Source of the DNA: a virus
Taxonomy: Duplodnaviria; Caudoviricetes
DNA length: 36,480 nucleotides
IMG/VR virus record: IMGVR_UViG_3300005573_000188
Span: 1 to 36,480 of that record
Reading direction: 5' to 3' (one strand)
Shown: one piece after another, positions 8,473 to 16,393 of the stretch
Layout of the letters: each line of letters opens with the position of its first letter
Position numbering within the stretch: the first letter of the stretch is position 1
Program-made: the position numbers and the translations under genes
Notes under the pieces: generated by a model
The model's database searches: none
Told to the model about the DNA's origin: nothing
Seen by the model: the letters and a program-made list of their open reading frames with translations, nothing else

Positions 8473-10766
8473 ACGTCCTCTTTCTTCGGCCTCGGCACAT
8501 GCACAAGTTCCACGCACATGCAGCGAGGATGAAGCGGAATGTGCATCACGCCGTCGGGATACGGCTTGTCAATCGGAATCTCGCCGGCCGCCGCAGCCGC
8601 ATCGCATTGGTCGTCGATGTCATGCAGGTTCGACATCTGACAGCTTTTCGTCTTCGCGCCGAAGTTCTTGCCCGTCTGTACGGTGGCGAATGCCTGCGCC
8701 ATCGCCGTCTCTGTCCGCGCGATCATCTCGGCACGCCCGGGCGAGAAGACAAACGAAGCATCAATCTCGCGGGCCAGTTCCGTGGGCGTCCATTGCTGCT
8801 CGAAAGCATCCACAATGAGTTGCCGCAAACCTTCCCGCGTCGTGTCGGTGATCGCCCACTTCGCGTTCGGATTGTCTACCAACTCGCCGTCAACCCATTT
8901 CTTGCCTACCATCTCCGCGCCGCGTTCCCGCGCGTAATCGCGGGCCTGCGTGTCGGACAGGTTGAACAGATCCGAGCCTTCCGGGCTGACATTGAGCGTG
9001 GCAAACACGTTTGCGACAGTCTCCAGCCCGGTTGCGCTCAGACCCGGCTCCAGCTCGTCCACGATCTTGTTCCACGCGCTCCAGCTGATCGCGGCCAGAA
9101 TCTCCTTAGTGTTGGGCTGCGACTGGTCACCGGCGGCTTTCTTCGCATCCGGCAGGTAATTCCCGATCACTCGCCCGACGGCCACGCGCTGACCTGCAAA
9201 GAACACCTTCAGCGATGCTTCAATCCGATCCGTCGCCGCTCTCCGTTTCGGCCCGTAGAATGTCGGCGTGTGGGAGATAGTCACGAAGTTTTTTTTTGAG
9301 GCTTCTGCCGCCTTGCGGGTGGTGAGCCGATTCTTCGTCTTGGGCGGTGGTGGCGGCCTGTTGGGTCCGTCGTTTGGATCGCCGTCCGTTCCCTCCGTGT
9401 CGTCGGAGTTGCCGCTCTCGTCGTTGCCAGCGGCTCCAGGCTCGTCCTTAGTCTCCTCGGTTAGCACCAGCGGGGAAGGCTTCGGTGGATTGCCGCCGGA
9501 CGCTTCCCAGAGCGGCGAAAGCCCGTCGCGCTGTCTCAATTCGTCGGCAACCCTTGTTCCGATGGCGACGGTGATCTGGTCGATCTGGGCCTGCACCATG
9601 GCGTCGGTTTCGGCCACCTCGTTCCACACAAACTCGATATCTGGCCCGTTGAACAGGTCCGGGCGCTGCACGATGGAGTCAATCTCGTTTTTGACCCAGT
9701 GCATGAGGGGCTGCTCGCCTGATTCCTCGCGTGTTTCGTCGGTCTGCTGGGCGATGGCGCGGGTGTGGTGGTCGATGAACGGTGTTGCCGTCTCGCCGAG
9801 GATGAAGGCAAAGACTCGCGCGGCCCATTGCTCGAAGGCATTCTGGTAGTTTTCGTGCTTGATCAGCTCAATCTTGCCGCCGAAGGGAACAGGCAGAATC
9901 TTGGTCCGCTGGGATAGGTCGCTATTCGATGCCTCGATCTCCCGTACTAAGCGCAGCATCTCGGCGGTGCTCATGTTCTCCGGCATCGTCATGTATGCGA
10001 GCGGCACGTTGGACTCGTCGTACCAGTCCTGGTGCATCACGGTCTTGTAGACGAGCGTGAGTATCAGTGCGAGGGTCTGCTCTACCGGCGAGTATCCGTA
10101 GAGCTTGTGGTTGCGGACGTTGGCCGGCATGTACACCAGGTCGCGCGATGTGAAGTCAACCGCGGGCAATCCCTTCACGATCTGCCGGTAAGCGGGGTCT
10201 GGATACATCGGCCTGCGGCCTGTGTTGTCGATGAGCACGTTGATCGTGGCGCCATCGACCGGGAGAAGGTTGAGGATGTCGCCGCCCTTGGTCCGCTGCA
10301 CCTCCAGCGTGGCCGCGTCGATCACGAGCCTGTCTTCGAGCAGCATCCGAATCCACTGCTCCCAACTGTGCGTTGAGTCCGGACGCTGGAAGAATGTGGT
10401 GAGCGCCTGCACGCGGGGATCATTGTTCGACCGCTCTTTGGTATGCGCGCTGTACTCGCCCGCCTTGGGCCTCAGCCGGAAGTGCCATTCCTTAGTGGCG
10501 ATCCGGTCCTTCATTTTCTCGATCAGCACACGGATCAGATAGCACCCGTCGGCCATCATGCGGAGCTGGTGGAAGCCAATCTTCTCACCCGAGCGCGGCA
10601 TCCACTGCTGATTTATCATCAGCGGGAAGTCGAACTGGCGCGGCTCTGTGCCTTCCGGTGCTACCGGAGGAAGCGGCGCAGACGGGGCGTACCATCCTTG
10701 CCAAGCCGAGCGCAGACGGTGCACCAGAGTCGGACGGTCGGGCGCGATTTGGATTTGCTTGTCCAT
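8469..10766 (-). CDS. Portal protein fused to a Mu gpF/SPP1 gp7-like minor head protein
   Basis: Portal motifs (LLPVDGATI, YGYSPVEQ, DELRQRDGLSPL), an acidic/Pro linker, then RAEMIARTET..C..PLHPRCMC of the gpF family. Confidence 0.88.
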   Translation of the reverse strand: MDKQIQIAPDRPTLVHRLRSAWQGWYAPSAPLPPVAPEGTEPRQFDFPLMINQQWMPRSGEKIGFHQLRMMADGCYLIRVLIEKMKDRIATKEWHFRLRPKAGEYSAHTKERSNNDPRVQALTTFFQRPDSTHSWEQWIRMLLEDRLVIDAATLEVQRTKGGDILNLLPVDGATINVLIDNTGRRPMYPDPAYRQIVKGLPAVDFTSRDLVYMPANVRNHKLYGYSPVEQTLALILTLVYKTVMHQDWYDESNVPLAYMTMPENMSTAEMLRLVREIEASNSDLSQRTKILPVPFGGKIELIKHENYQNAFEQWAARVFAFILGETATPFIDHHTRAIAQQTDETREESGEQPLMHWVKNEIDSIVQRPDLFNGPDIEFVWNEVAETDAMVQAQIDQITVAIGTRVADELRQRDGLSPLWEASGGNPPKPSPLVLTEETKDEPGAAGNDESGNSDDTEGTDGDPNDGPNRPPPPPKTKNRLTTRKAAEASKKNFVTISHTPTFYGPKRRAATDRIEASLKVFFAGQRVAVGRVIGNYLPDAKKAAGDQSQPNTKEILAAISWSAWNKIVDELEPGLSATGLETVANVFATLNVSPEGSDLFNLSDTQARDYARERGAEMVGKKWVDGELVDNPNAKWAITDTTREGLRQLIVDAFEQQWTPTELAREIDASFVFSPGRAEMIARTETAMAQAFATVQTGKNFGAKTKSCQMSNLHDIDDQCDAAAAAGEIPIDKPYPDGVMHIPLHPRCMCVELVHVPRPKKEDV

Positions 10767-10794
10767 CTACTGTCTCCGCGTGGTGGTAGCAATT

Positions 10795-10820
10795 AAAAGG
10801 GCGATCTTCGGATCGCCCTT
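10795..10820 (-). terminator. Intrinsic terminator between the terminase block and portal
   Basis: Perfect 10-bp stem AAGGGCGATC-CGAA-GATCGCCCTT running into TTAATT on the minus strand. Confidence 0.65.
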
Positions 10821-10851
10821 GATCTAGCGAGACTCCGCGACCTTCTTTCTT

Positions 10852-11208
10852 TCAGGCCGTCTCTACACCTGAATTCGAGTCCGGGGTTTCGGCTCCGGTC
10901 TCGACCGTCTCCGTATCGACCGGCGCAGAACCGGCAGCCTTGATGGCGTCATCCGGCGATCCGGCCACGATGCCGGTTTTCTCGACCGGCGCAGGCTCGG
11001 TGCCCTTCTCTTCGATTTTGACAGCGCGCCAAATTCCTTGGTCTGCCGCGTCCACGCTTTCCCGGATGCGGGCGATAATCAGCGCCAGGTGGACCTTCTG
11101 GTCCTCGTTCAGCGTGTTTACGCCAGACTCGACGTAGGCGATGCCCCCGTCTACTTCCTGCTTCACTGTCATCAGTTCGGCTTTTACTTCCTGCACAAGA
11201 TTTGCCAT
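10852..11208 (-). CDS. Hypothetical acidic protein
   Basis: 118 aa, TGATG overlap with the terL stop, GGAGG SD. Confidence 0.7.
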   Translation of the reverse strand: MANLVQEVKAELMTVKQEVDGGIAYVESGVNTLNEDQKVHLALIIARIRESVDAADQGIWRAVKIEEKGTEPAPVEKTGIVAGSPDDAIKAAGSAPVDTETVETGAETPDSNSGVETA

Positions 11209-12701
11209 CAGTTGCCTCCGTCGGCTTGTCTAAGAACCGCCCGCGCGACCTCGGCCTGGTCGTGCTGGCCAAGCTCCTCGCATGCGGCGATCCAGTCGTT
11301 GATTTCATCCACCGGCAGTTGACCCGGCGGCAATACGCCCATGCGCACGCTGCGCAGGGCGTCTGACCACTCTCTCGGCTTGCTGACGACGATGGGCGGT
11401 TTCGGCGCTTTCGACGCCGCGACCTCTGCGGCGCGGTCGTGGTAATACGCTGCCAAGTCTCCGCCTTCGCTCAATTCCGTGATCCCCCATACCAAGGCAT
11501 CCATGCGGTCCGGGGACTTCGCATCCAACACCGGATTCCAGTCGCACATCTGATCCTCAAGCGCAGGGAATGACCCGATGTGATGTACTCGGCCCTGTTC
11601 GTATAGTGCAGCTACCGGCTCCGCTCTCACCGCTTTGCCCCGTGTGGCGCGTACCGCTGTGTAGGGAATGCCTGCGTGTTTGCTCCGCAGGACCGCCTCG
11701 ACCATATCGCCGCCTTGGTTGATTTCGGCGACCACTCGATCCGCGCTCCGCTTGGCGTACAAGTTGACGACTGCCTGACCCCACTGGTCCGGCGTGTAAA
11801 TGTTGCTCACGTCGTCCAGCACGTAGAAGTGCGGCGGGTTTTGCCGGTCGATCCCGCAACAGACAATGCCTGTCAAATCCGATTGCTCGTTGCTCGATAC
11901 TGCCGGGTCAACTGCGACCACGACGCGCCCTAAATCCGGGTGCTTTGACAATCGCGCATCGTCGATCAGCGCTCGCGTCCACAATGCGCCGGGATTGTCT
12001 TCGAGAATCTCCGCATTCAGCTCCTGCCGTCCGAGCCGGGTGCCCTCGTATTTCGTGATGATCTGCTGGACGAATGCCGGTGCCAGGTTCTCTTTGTTGT
12101 CGTAAGTGCTGCCGCGCGTGAGATAGGTGCGCGGGTCTTTTGCCAGCGATCTCACCAGCGGAGTTGGCCGTGGGGTGGTGGTGATGACCGCTTGCGGCTT
12201 CTCTCCGATTCTCAGCCCGAGCGATGCCTGATCCCATGCTTCCGGGTATCTCCATGCGGCCAGTTCATCGCACCAGAGCTTCCCGTGCTGCTTGCCGCGC
12301 AAACGCTCCGGCTCGTCCGCCGTGAATATCAGCGAGTTGTTGCCGTTCGGCCACATGAGTTTGCGTTCTGATTTCCGATAAATCGGCCGTTCATCGTTTG
12401 GGCATACGGCCAGAATGCCGCTTTCACCCTCGATCATGATGTCGCGCGCATCGTCTGCCGTCGCACCGATCAGGTTGACGAATGCGAAGTCGCGCACCCA
12501 TTGTCTGACTGTCTCCGCGCCGGTTCGCGTCTTGCCGTATCCGCGCCCGGCGAGAATGAGCCAGAATATCCATTCGCCCTCAGGTATAAGCTGCTCAGGT
12601 CTGGCGTGTGTGGCCCATTCGTAAGCGGCGATTTGGCGTTGTCGTGCCAGCAGCGCCCTAAGCCTCGCTAGCTCCTCGACGCTGTAGCGGCTCATATCCA
12701 T
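11208..12701 (-). CDS. terL: Terminase large subunit
   Basis: Walker A AGRGYGKT, Walker B LWCDE, TTTP coupling motif, RNase H-like VAVDP and SPDRMDALVW. Confidence 0.96.
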   Translation of the reverse strand: MDMSRYSVEELARLRALLARQRQIAAYEWATHARPEQLIPEGEWIFWLILAGRGYGKTRTGAETVRQWVRDFAFVNLIGATADDARDIMIEGESGILAVCPNDERPIYRKSERKLMWPNGNNSLIFTADEPERLRGKQHGKLWCDELAAWRYPEAWDQASLGLRIGEKPQAVITTTPRPTPLVRSLAKDPRTYLTRGSTYDNKENLAPAFVQQIITKYEGTRLGRQELNAEILEDNPGALWTRALIDDARLSKHPDLGRVVVAVDPAVSSNEQSDLTGIVCCGIDRQNPPHFYVLDDVSNIYTPDQWGQAVVNLYAKRSADRVVAEINQGGDMVEAVLRSKHAGIPYTAVRATRGKAVRAEPVAALYEQGRVHHIGSFPALEDQMCDWNPVLDAKSPDRMDALVWGITELSEGGDLAAYYHDRAAEVAASKAPKPPIVVSKPREWSDALRSVRMGVLPPGQLPVDEINDWIAACEELGQHDQAEVARAVLRQADGGN

Positions 12702-12713
12702 GCCGCCTCCGGC

Positions 12714-12947
12714 CTACTCGATATTCTGTATGCGCTCGATCCGGGCGATGCGCACGCCGTGGTCGCTCACGCGCTGCTCGATCCCATCCACGCGCTTATT
12801 GGTGCGATGATCCCGCTCCAGCAGCTCCTTGATCATCGCCTTAATCTCTCCCATTCCATTTCCGAGCGTCCACACGCCCGTGATTCCTGTGAGGACTACG
12901 AGACCCACTCCGCCGACTGCTATCCACCAATCAGGTATCACTCTCAT
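12714..12947 (-). CDS. Small membrane protein (N-terminal TM helix plus coiled coil; holin/XhlA-like architecture)
   Basis: WWIAVGGVGLVVLTGITGVWTLG followed by heptads (RVDGIEQRVSDHGVRIARIE), AGGAG SD. Confidence 0.6.
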   Translation of the reverse strand: MRVIPDWWIAVGGVGLVVLTGITGVWTLGNGMGEIKAMIKELLERDHRTNKRVDGIEQRVSDHGVRIARIERIQNIE

Positions 12948-13335
12948 CTCCTTTGGCCTGTTGAGCAGCTTTGGTCTGCTGCTTGTCCGTGGTCGATCCC
13001 AGCAGCTCCGCAATTTGGCGCTCCAGCTCCTCGCGGCTGTCGGGTATTTCAAATGCGATAGGTCCGCCGTCCGCGCCCGTATTCTCGATCCTCTGTGTGG
13101 CTTTTCCCTCGGTGCGATCCGCGATGATCTCAATCGCCTTGATGTCGCCGTCCACGGCGAGCTGCACCAGCTTCCTGGCGATGGCGTCGGCGTTCTCGAC
13201 GCGGCCTTTCTTGCGGGCGAGCTCCGCCTTGAGGGCGTCCGTGATCGGTAATCGTTTGGGCCTGCCGCCTGGATTGCCGGATACACCTTTAGGCCACGGT
13301 TTGAGGTTGGCCGTATTGCCGGTTCGCTTGGTCAT
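12931..13335 (-). CDS. terS: Terminase small subunit (DUF5681-like)
   Basis: NLKPWPKGVSGNPGGRPK, GDIKAIEIIADRTEGK and TGADGGPI motifs, upstream of terL. Confidence 0.8.
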   Translation of the reverse strand: MTKRTGNTANLKPWPKGVSGNPGGRPKRLPITDALKAELARKKGRVENADAIARKLVQLAVDGDIKAIEIIADRTEGKATQRIENTGADGGPIAFEIPDSREELERQIAELLGSTTDKQQTKAAQQAKGDESDT

Positions 13336-13351
13336 CGCGGTCGCTCCATCA

Positions 13352-13444
13352 TCAGTGCAAAATCTTGAAAAAGAAAGACACCACATCGACAAATCCCGCG
13401 AGGATCGCCACCGCAAAGAGCGCGTAGTTGATTGCCTCGCTCAT
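13352..13444 (-). CDS. 30-aa single-TM peptide
   Basis: MSEAINYALFAVAILAGFVDVVSFFFKILH, ATGA overlap with the upstream stop, below the ORF-track cutoff. Confidence 0.5.
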   Translation of the reverse strand: MSEAINYALFAVAILAGFVDVVSFFFKILH

Positions 13445-13788
13445 GGCGCGCACTCCAGATTGTGGAATCCCGCGTATCCGTGCAGGCCGACGACGCCCCA
13501 CTCGACCACGCTTGCCCAGCGGGAGTGTCCGTCATTGCGGAGGATCGTAGCCAGACGAGCGACTGCCCATGCAGACGCGCCGAGCACCGGAAAGACGCTT
13601 GGGTTGGCTGCAAACGGACGCATAATCAGATCGCCCTCCACGCACCCGCCGCAATGGTGCAGTGTGTAGTAGGTGCTCCCTGCATCAAATTCCGACGACG
13701 CATAGAGGAGCACCGTCTGCGCGGACGCCGATGCTGTGGCGAGCGCGGCGAGCGCGGCGAAGAGCTCCGCAAGCAATATTTTGCGCAT
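13441..13788 (-). CDS. Hypothetical exported/membrane protein
   Basis: Signal-peptide-like MRKILLAELFAALAALATASASA, GAGGTG SD. Confidence 0.6.
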   Translation of the reverse strand: MRKILLAELFAALAALATASASAQTVLLYASSEFDAGSTYYTLHHCGGCVEGDLIMRPFAANPSVFPVLGASAWAVARLATILRNDGHSRWASVVEWGVVGLHGYAGFHNLECAP

Positions 13789-13817
13789 GGGACACCTCAT
13801 TCAGCCGGCGGCTGTTG

Positions 13818-14084
13818 TCAGTGGGTGGAAGCGGGAAAGCGGAATGCGGAGGCCATCGCCTGGTGCAGCAGTCGCCTTTGAGCGACGGAGACGATTCCTT
13901 GCTGATTACTCGCAGCCTGCATATTGTTGAAATGATTGCACTTGCTGTGCATAATCTCGTACTCTTCGCGGAGCTCGAAAAGAAGCGCAGGGTTTGAGCT
14001 TGTCGTCTGGCTCAGCTCGATCACATCCTTGCAATGCTTGCACTCAAGGCTGCTGGTGTCGTGGTGATACAAGGTATTACTCAC
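13818..14084 (-). CDS. Hypothetical protein with a CxxC/HxxC motif
   Basis: LECKHC..MHSKC. Start is uncertain (GTG at 14084 or 14093). Confidence 0.5.
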   Translation of the reverse strand: MSNTLYHHDTSSLECKHCKDVIELSQTTSSNPALLFELREEYEIMHSKCNHFNNMQAASNQQGIVSVAQRRLLHQAMASAFRFPASTH

Positions 14085-14383
14085 TAGATACACCCCCCCC
14101 CTACCCCCCCCCAAGCATCGATGAGGGATTGATGATACTTGCTGCGATCCAGCGCCGCATGGATCGTGGACTCGCGGATTGAGCACGACTCGCCGCGCAA
14201 TTTTACGTCCTGGGGCTTTTTAAGCCGCAGCCGCCACTTGCTGACGCGCGTGGCAAATCCACAGCTCAGCCAATAACTGGCCGTTTTTGAGTCGATTAGC
14301 TCGCAGGGTGGGGACGATGACCGCTGATTGAAGCGGTACACCTCGTACATCCGAATAGCATTAGAGACACGTGTCCTGATCAT
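14084..14383 (-). CDS. Hypothetical basic protein, first gene of the leftward late unit
   Basis: 99-aa ORF in operon orientation, ending in poly-G-encoded WGGVGGG. Confidence 0.5.
   Translation of the reverse strand: MIRTRVSNAIRMYEVYRFNQRSSSPPCELIDSKTASYWLSCGFATRVSKWRLRLKKPQDVKLRGESCSIRESTIHAALDRSKYHQSLIDAWGGVGGGCI
14093..14112. repeat. C9-TA-C9 homopolymer pair
   Basis: Read directly: CCCCCCCCC TA CCCCCCCCC. Confidence 0.9.
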
Positions 14384-14539
14384 TTTTGCTGGGAGATTGG
14401 GTAGCCAATCAGCTTGCCGGGAGGAGATGGCCCGACATCCAGCACCAGAGGACTACTGGTGGGGTGCGTCTCAAAATTACCCCAACGGGTGGTATGGGTC
14501 AAGCAGAAATAAAAAAAATAGCTATTTTCTGCATTTTTC

Positions 14540-14570
14540 TCTTGACACAAAGTCAAGACTTTGTAATACT
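14540..14570 (+). promoter_or_regulatory. Sigma70-type promoter with overlapping palindromic operator(s)
   Basis: TTGACA (14542-47), 17-bp spacer ending in TGT, then AATACT, with an AT-rich UP-like region upstream. Inverted repeats ACAAAGTC-AA-GACTTTGT (14547-64) and TCTTGAC-N5-GTCAAGA (14540-58). Confidence 0.75.
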
Positions 14571-14578
14571 CAATACAT

Positions 14579-14613
14579 CAGAGGCCACCAGCCTCATAGG
14601 AGAAGAAAATGAA
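14579..14613 (+). repeat. Start-associated repeat, copy 1
   Basis: CAGAGGCCACCAGCCTCATAGGAGAAGAAAATGAA, 34/35 identical to 14878-14912. Confidence 0.95.
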
Positions 14614-14863
14614 GACCTTCACAGTTCACAGCCGCAAGCTCAATCGGGATTTCACCTTTATTTGCAATCTCGACGAAAAAAATCCTCATCACTCCAAGTA
14701 CGTCAGGCTCGAAGAAAAAGGCAAAACTGGCACTCTCGCACCGCAGATTTGCTACGGGGGCGGCTTTATGGGAACTGCAGTTTCCTCCACCCCTGCGACA
14801 TTCGAGCGCGATTGCCGCACTTGGTACCGTCAATACATGGATTTTGCACGGACCGAGAATTAG
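14609..14863 (+). CDS. Small early hypothetical protein (cassette 1)
   Basis: 84 aa, AGGAG SD within the repeat. Confidence 0.8.
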   Translation: MKTFTVHSRKLNRDFTFICNLDEKNPHHSKYVRLEEKGKTGTLAPQICYGGGFMGTAVSSTPATFERDCRTWYRQYMDFARTEN

Positions 14864-14877
14864 GCAACGAGAACTAA

Positions 14878-14912
14878 CAGAGGCTACCAGCCTCATAGGA
14901 GAAGAAAATGAA
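14878..14912 (+). repeat. Start-associated repeat, copy 2
   Basis: CAGAGGCTACCAGCCTCATAGGAGAAGAAAATGAA. Confidence 0.95.
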
Positions 14913-15132
14913 CATCGAAATTACAAAGAACTTTTCCATTACCCCCAGTGGTATTCACTTCAACGGTGCTCTGATCCAGGCGGACTCTTACCGCGTAGTG
15001 GGAGGGTTCAGCTATGTCTCGGTGCAGGCGATCAAAGACGGATTCGTTACCTTTTGCGTGAATGTTCCCCGCAATCGTCAGAATCGCACCCGCGCCGCCG
15101 CAAAAGCGGCTGGTATCTTCGAAGGAATCTAA
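14908..15132 (+). CDS. Small early hypothetical protein (cassette 2)
   Basis: 74 aa, SD within the repeat. Confidence 0.8.
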   Translation: MNIEITKNFSITPSGIHFNGALIQADSYRVVGGFSYVSVQAIKDGFVTFCVNVPRNRQNRTRAAAKAAGIFEGI

Positions 15133-15133
15133 G

Positions 15134-15181
15134 CTCCGCCGCGCCGATTCTACAATAAGCGGCAGCGTCCAGCGACGCTGG
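15134..15181 (+). repeat. Stop-associated repeat, copy 1
   Basis: CTCCGCCGCGCCGATTCTACAATAAGCGGCAGCGTCCAGCGACGCTGG, separated from the TAA by 1 nt. Confidence 0.9.
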
Positions 15182-15217
15182 TAATCGCGTAGCATCCAAA
15201 AATTAAGACAGGTGCAC

Positions 15218-15233
15218 CCAGCCTCATAGGAGA
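15218..15233 (+). repeat. Start-associated repeat, copy 3 (core)
   Basis: 16-bp exact core CCAGCCTCATAGGAGA, ending 5 nt before ATG 15239. Confidence 0.9.
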
Positions 15234-15238
15234 TTCAC

Positions 15239-15607
15239 ATGACCGAAGATTTTCAGCGCGCGCACATCGAAAGCCTTGAATCCGACCTCCGGGAACAAAA
15301 GGCTATTGTCTCCCGCATCCGAGAAATGTTTGGCAATCCAGATTATCCCTTTGTTGAGGGGAAAACGATATACGACCTCATCCAAGACGGGATCGATGCG
15401 ATTCAGCTACTTTCGCGCTATCGGGAGCATCATTGTCAGCCAAGCGGCCAGCAATGTTACGTCGATCTTGAGAAAGGAGACCATCGCTGCGCCGATTGCA
15501 TAGAAGCGGACCGCCTTACTGGGGTCGAGCGCGTAATGCGCAAGATGAGTGAAAACCGCATCCGTTGTTTGCGGGAGTCTCTCGCACGGCCAAACAACCT
15601 CCTTTGA
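15239..15607 (+). CDS. Small early hypothetical protein (cassette 3), coiled coil plus Cys/His cluster
   Basis: 122 aa, HHC..C..HRCADC. Confidence 0.8.
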   Translation: MTEDFQRAHIESLESDLREQKAIVSRIREMFGNPDYPFVEGKTIYDLIQDGIDAIQLLSRYREHHCQPSGQQCYVDLEKGDHRCADCIEADRLTGVERVMRKMSENRIRCLRESLARPNNLL

Positions 15608-15608
15608 C

Positions 15609-15658
15609 CTCCGCCGCGCCGATCCTACGGCAAGCGGTGCGTCCAGCGTGGTAGCTGG
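15609..15658 (+). repeat. Stop-associated repeat, copy 2
   Basis: CTCCGCCGCGCCGATCCTACGGCAAGCGGTGCGTCCAGCGTGGTAGCTGG, separated from the TGA by 1 nt. Confidence 0.9.
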
Positions 15659-15748
15659 CAGCCCGGGCGTAAGACGGGCACAAATTTGGGAATTATATAC
15701 TTGACTCCCAAACCAAAGCCGCGAAAAATCGGGCGCGAAAGGAGAAAC

Positions 15749-16339
15749 GTGAAGCTGCTGCTCGCATGTGAACGGTCGGGAGTTTGCCGTCGCGCCTTCC
15801 GCGCGAAGGGCCATGAGGCATATTCGTGCGATCTGGAACCTGCCGACGATGGCTCGCCGTTCCACATCCAAGACGATGTGATCAAGGTGCTGTGCTCCAA
15901 CTGGGATGTGGTTATAGCCTTCCCCCCATGTACCTATCTCAGCGTGTCCGGGCTGCATTGGAACACTCGCCGACCCGAGCGAACCGCGCAAACGGAGGAT
16001 GCCGTTCGATTTTTTCGGGTATTTACTGCGCTGTGCTGTCGCTGGGCGATTGAGAACCCCATCGGCTGCATGAGTCGCCTGTATCGCAAGCCGGATCAGA
16101 TAGTCCAGCCGTACATGTTCGGAGATGATGCGAGCAAAGCTACGTGTCTTTGGCTGCACGGACTGCCTCCCCTCTTTCCCACTCGCCGGATACCTGGTCG
16201 GATCGTGAACGGGCGCGAGCGATGGGCAAACCAGACAGATGGCGGCCAGAACAAAATTCCTCCCTCTGCCGACCGAGCGACGATCCGCTCCATCACCTAT
16301 CAGGGCATCGCCGATGCGATGGCGGCTCAGTGGACCTGA
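15749..16339 (+). CDS. Short phage DNA (cytosine-5) methyltransferase-like protein
   Basis: LLLACERSG SAM-binding-like start, SCDL, AFPPCT (motif IV PC), IENP (motif VI), RSITYQGIADAMAAQW end. AGGAG SD before GTG 15749. Confidence 0.75.
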   Translation: MKLLLACERSGVCRRAFRAKGHEAYSCDLEPADDGSPFHIQDDVIKVLCSNWDVVIAFPPCTYLSVSGLHWNTRRPERTAQTEDAVRFFRVFTALCCRWAIENPIGCMSRLYRKPDQIVQPYMFGDDASKATCLWLHGLPPLFPTRRIPGRIVNGRERWANQTDGGQNKIPPSADRATIRSITYQGIADAMAAQWT

Positions 16340-16393
16340 TTTATGGAAAAGGGGATTCATGTATATAGTTTGCAAAAATTTACTGGAGGCTCG

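Noticed and set aside
14579-15233. Start-associated repeats as a CRISPR array
   Set aside because: Spacing is about 300 bp, the intervening sequences are whole ORFs, the repeats contain SD sequences, and there are no cas genes.
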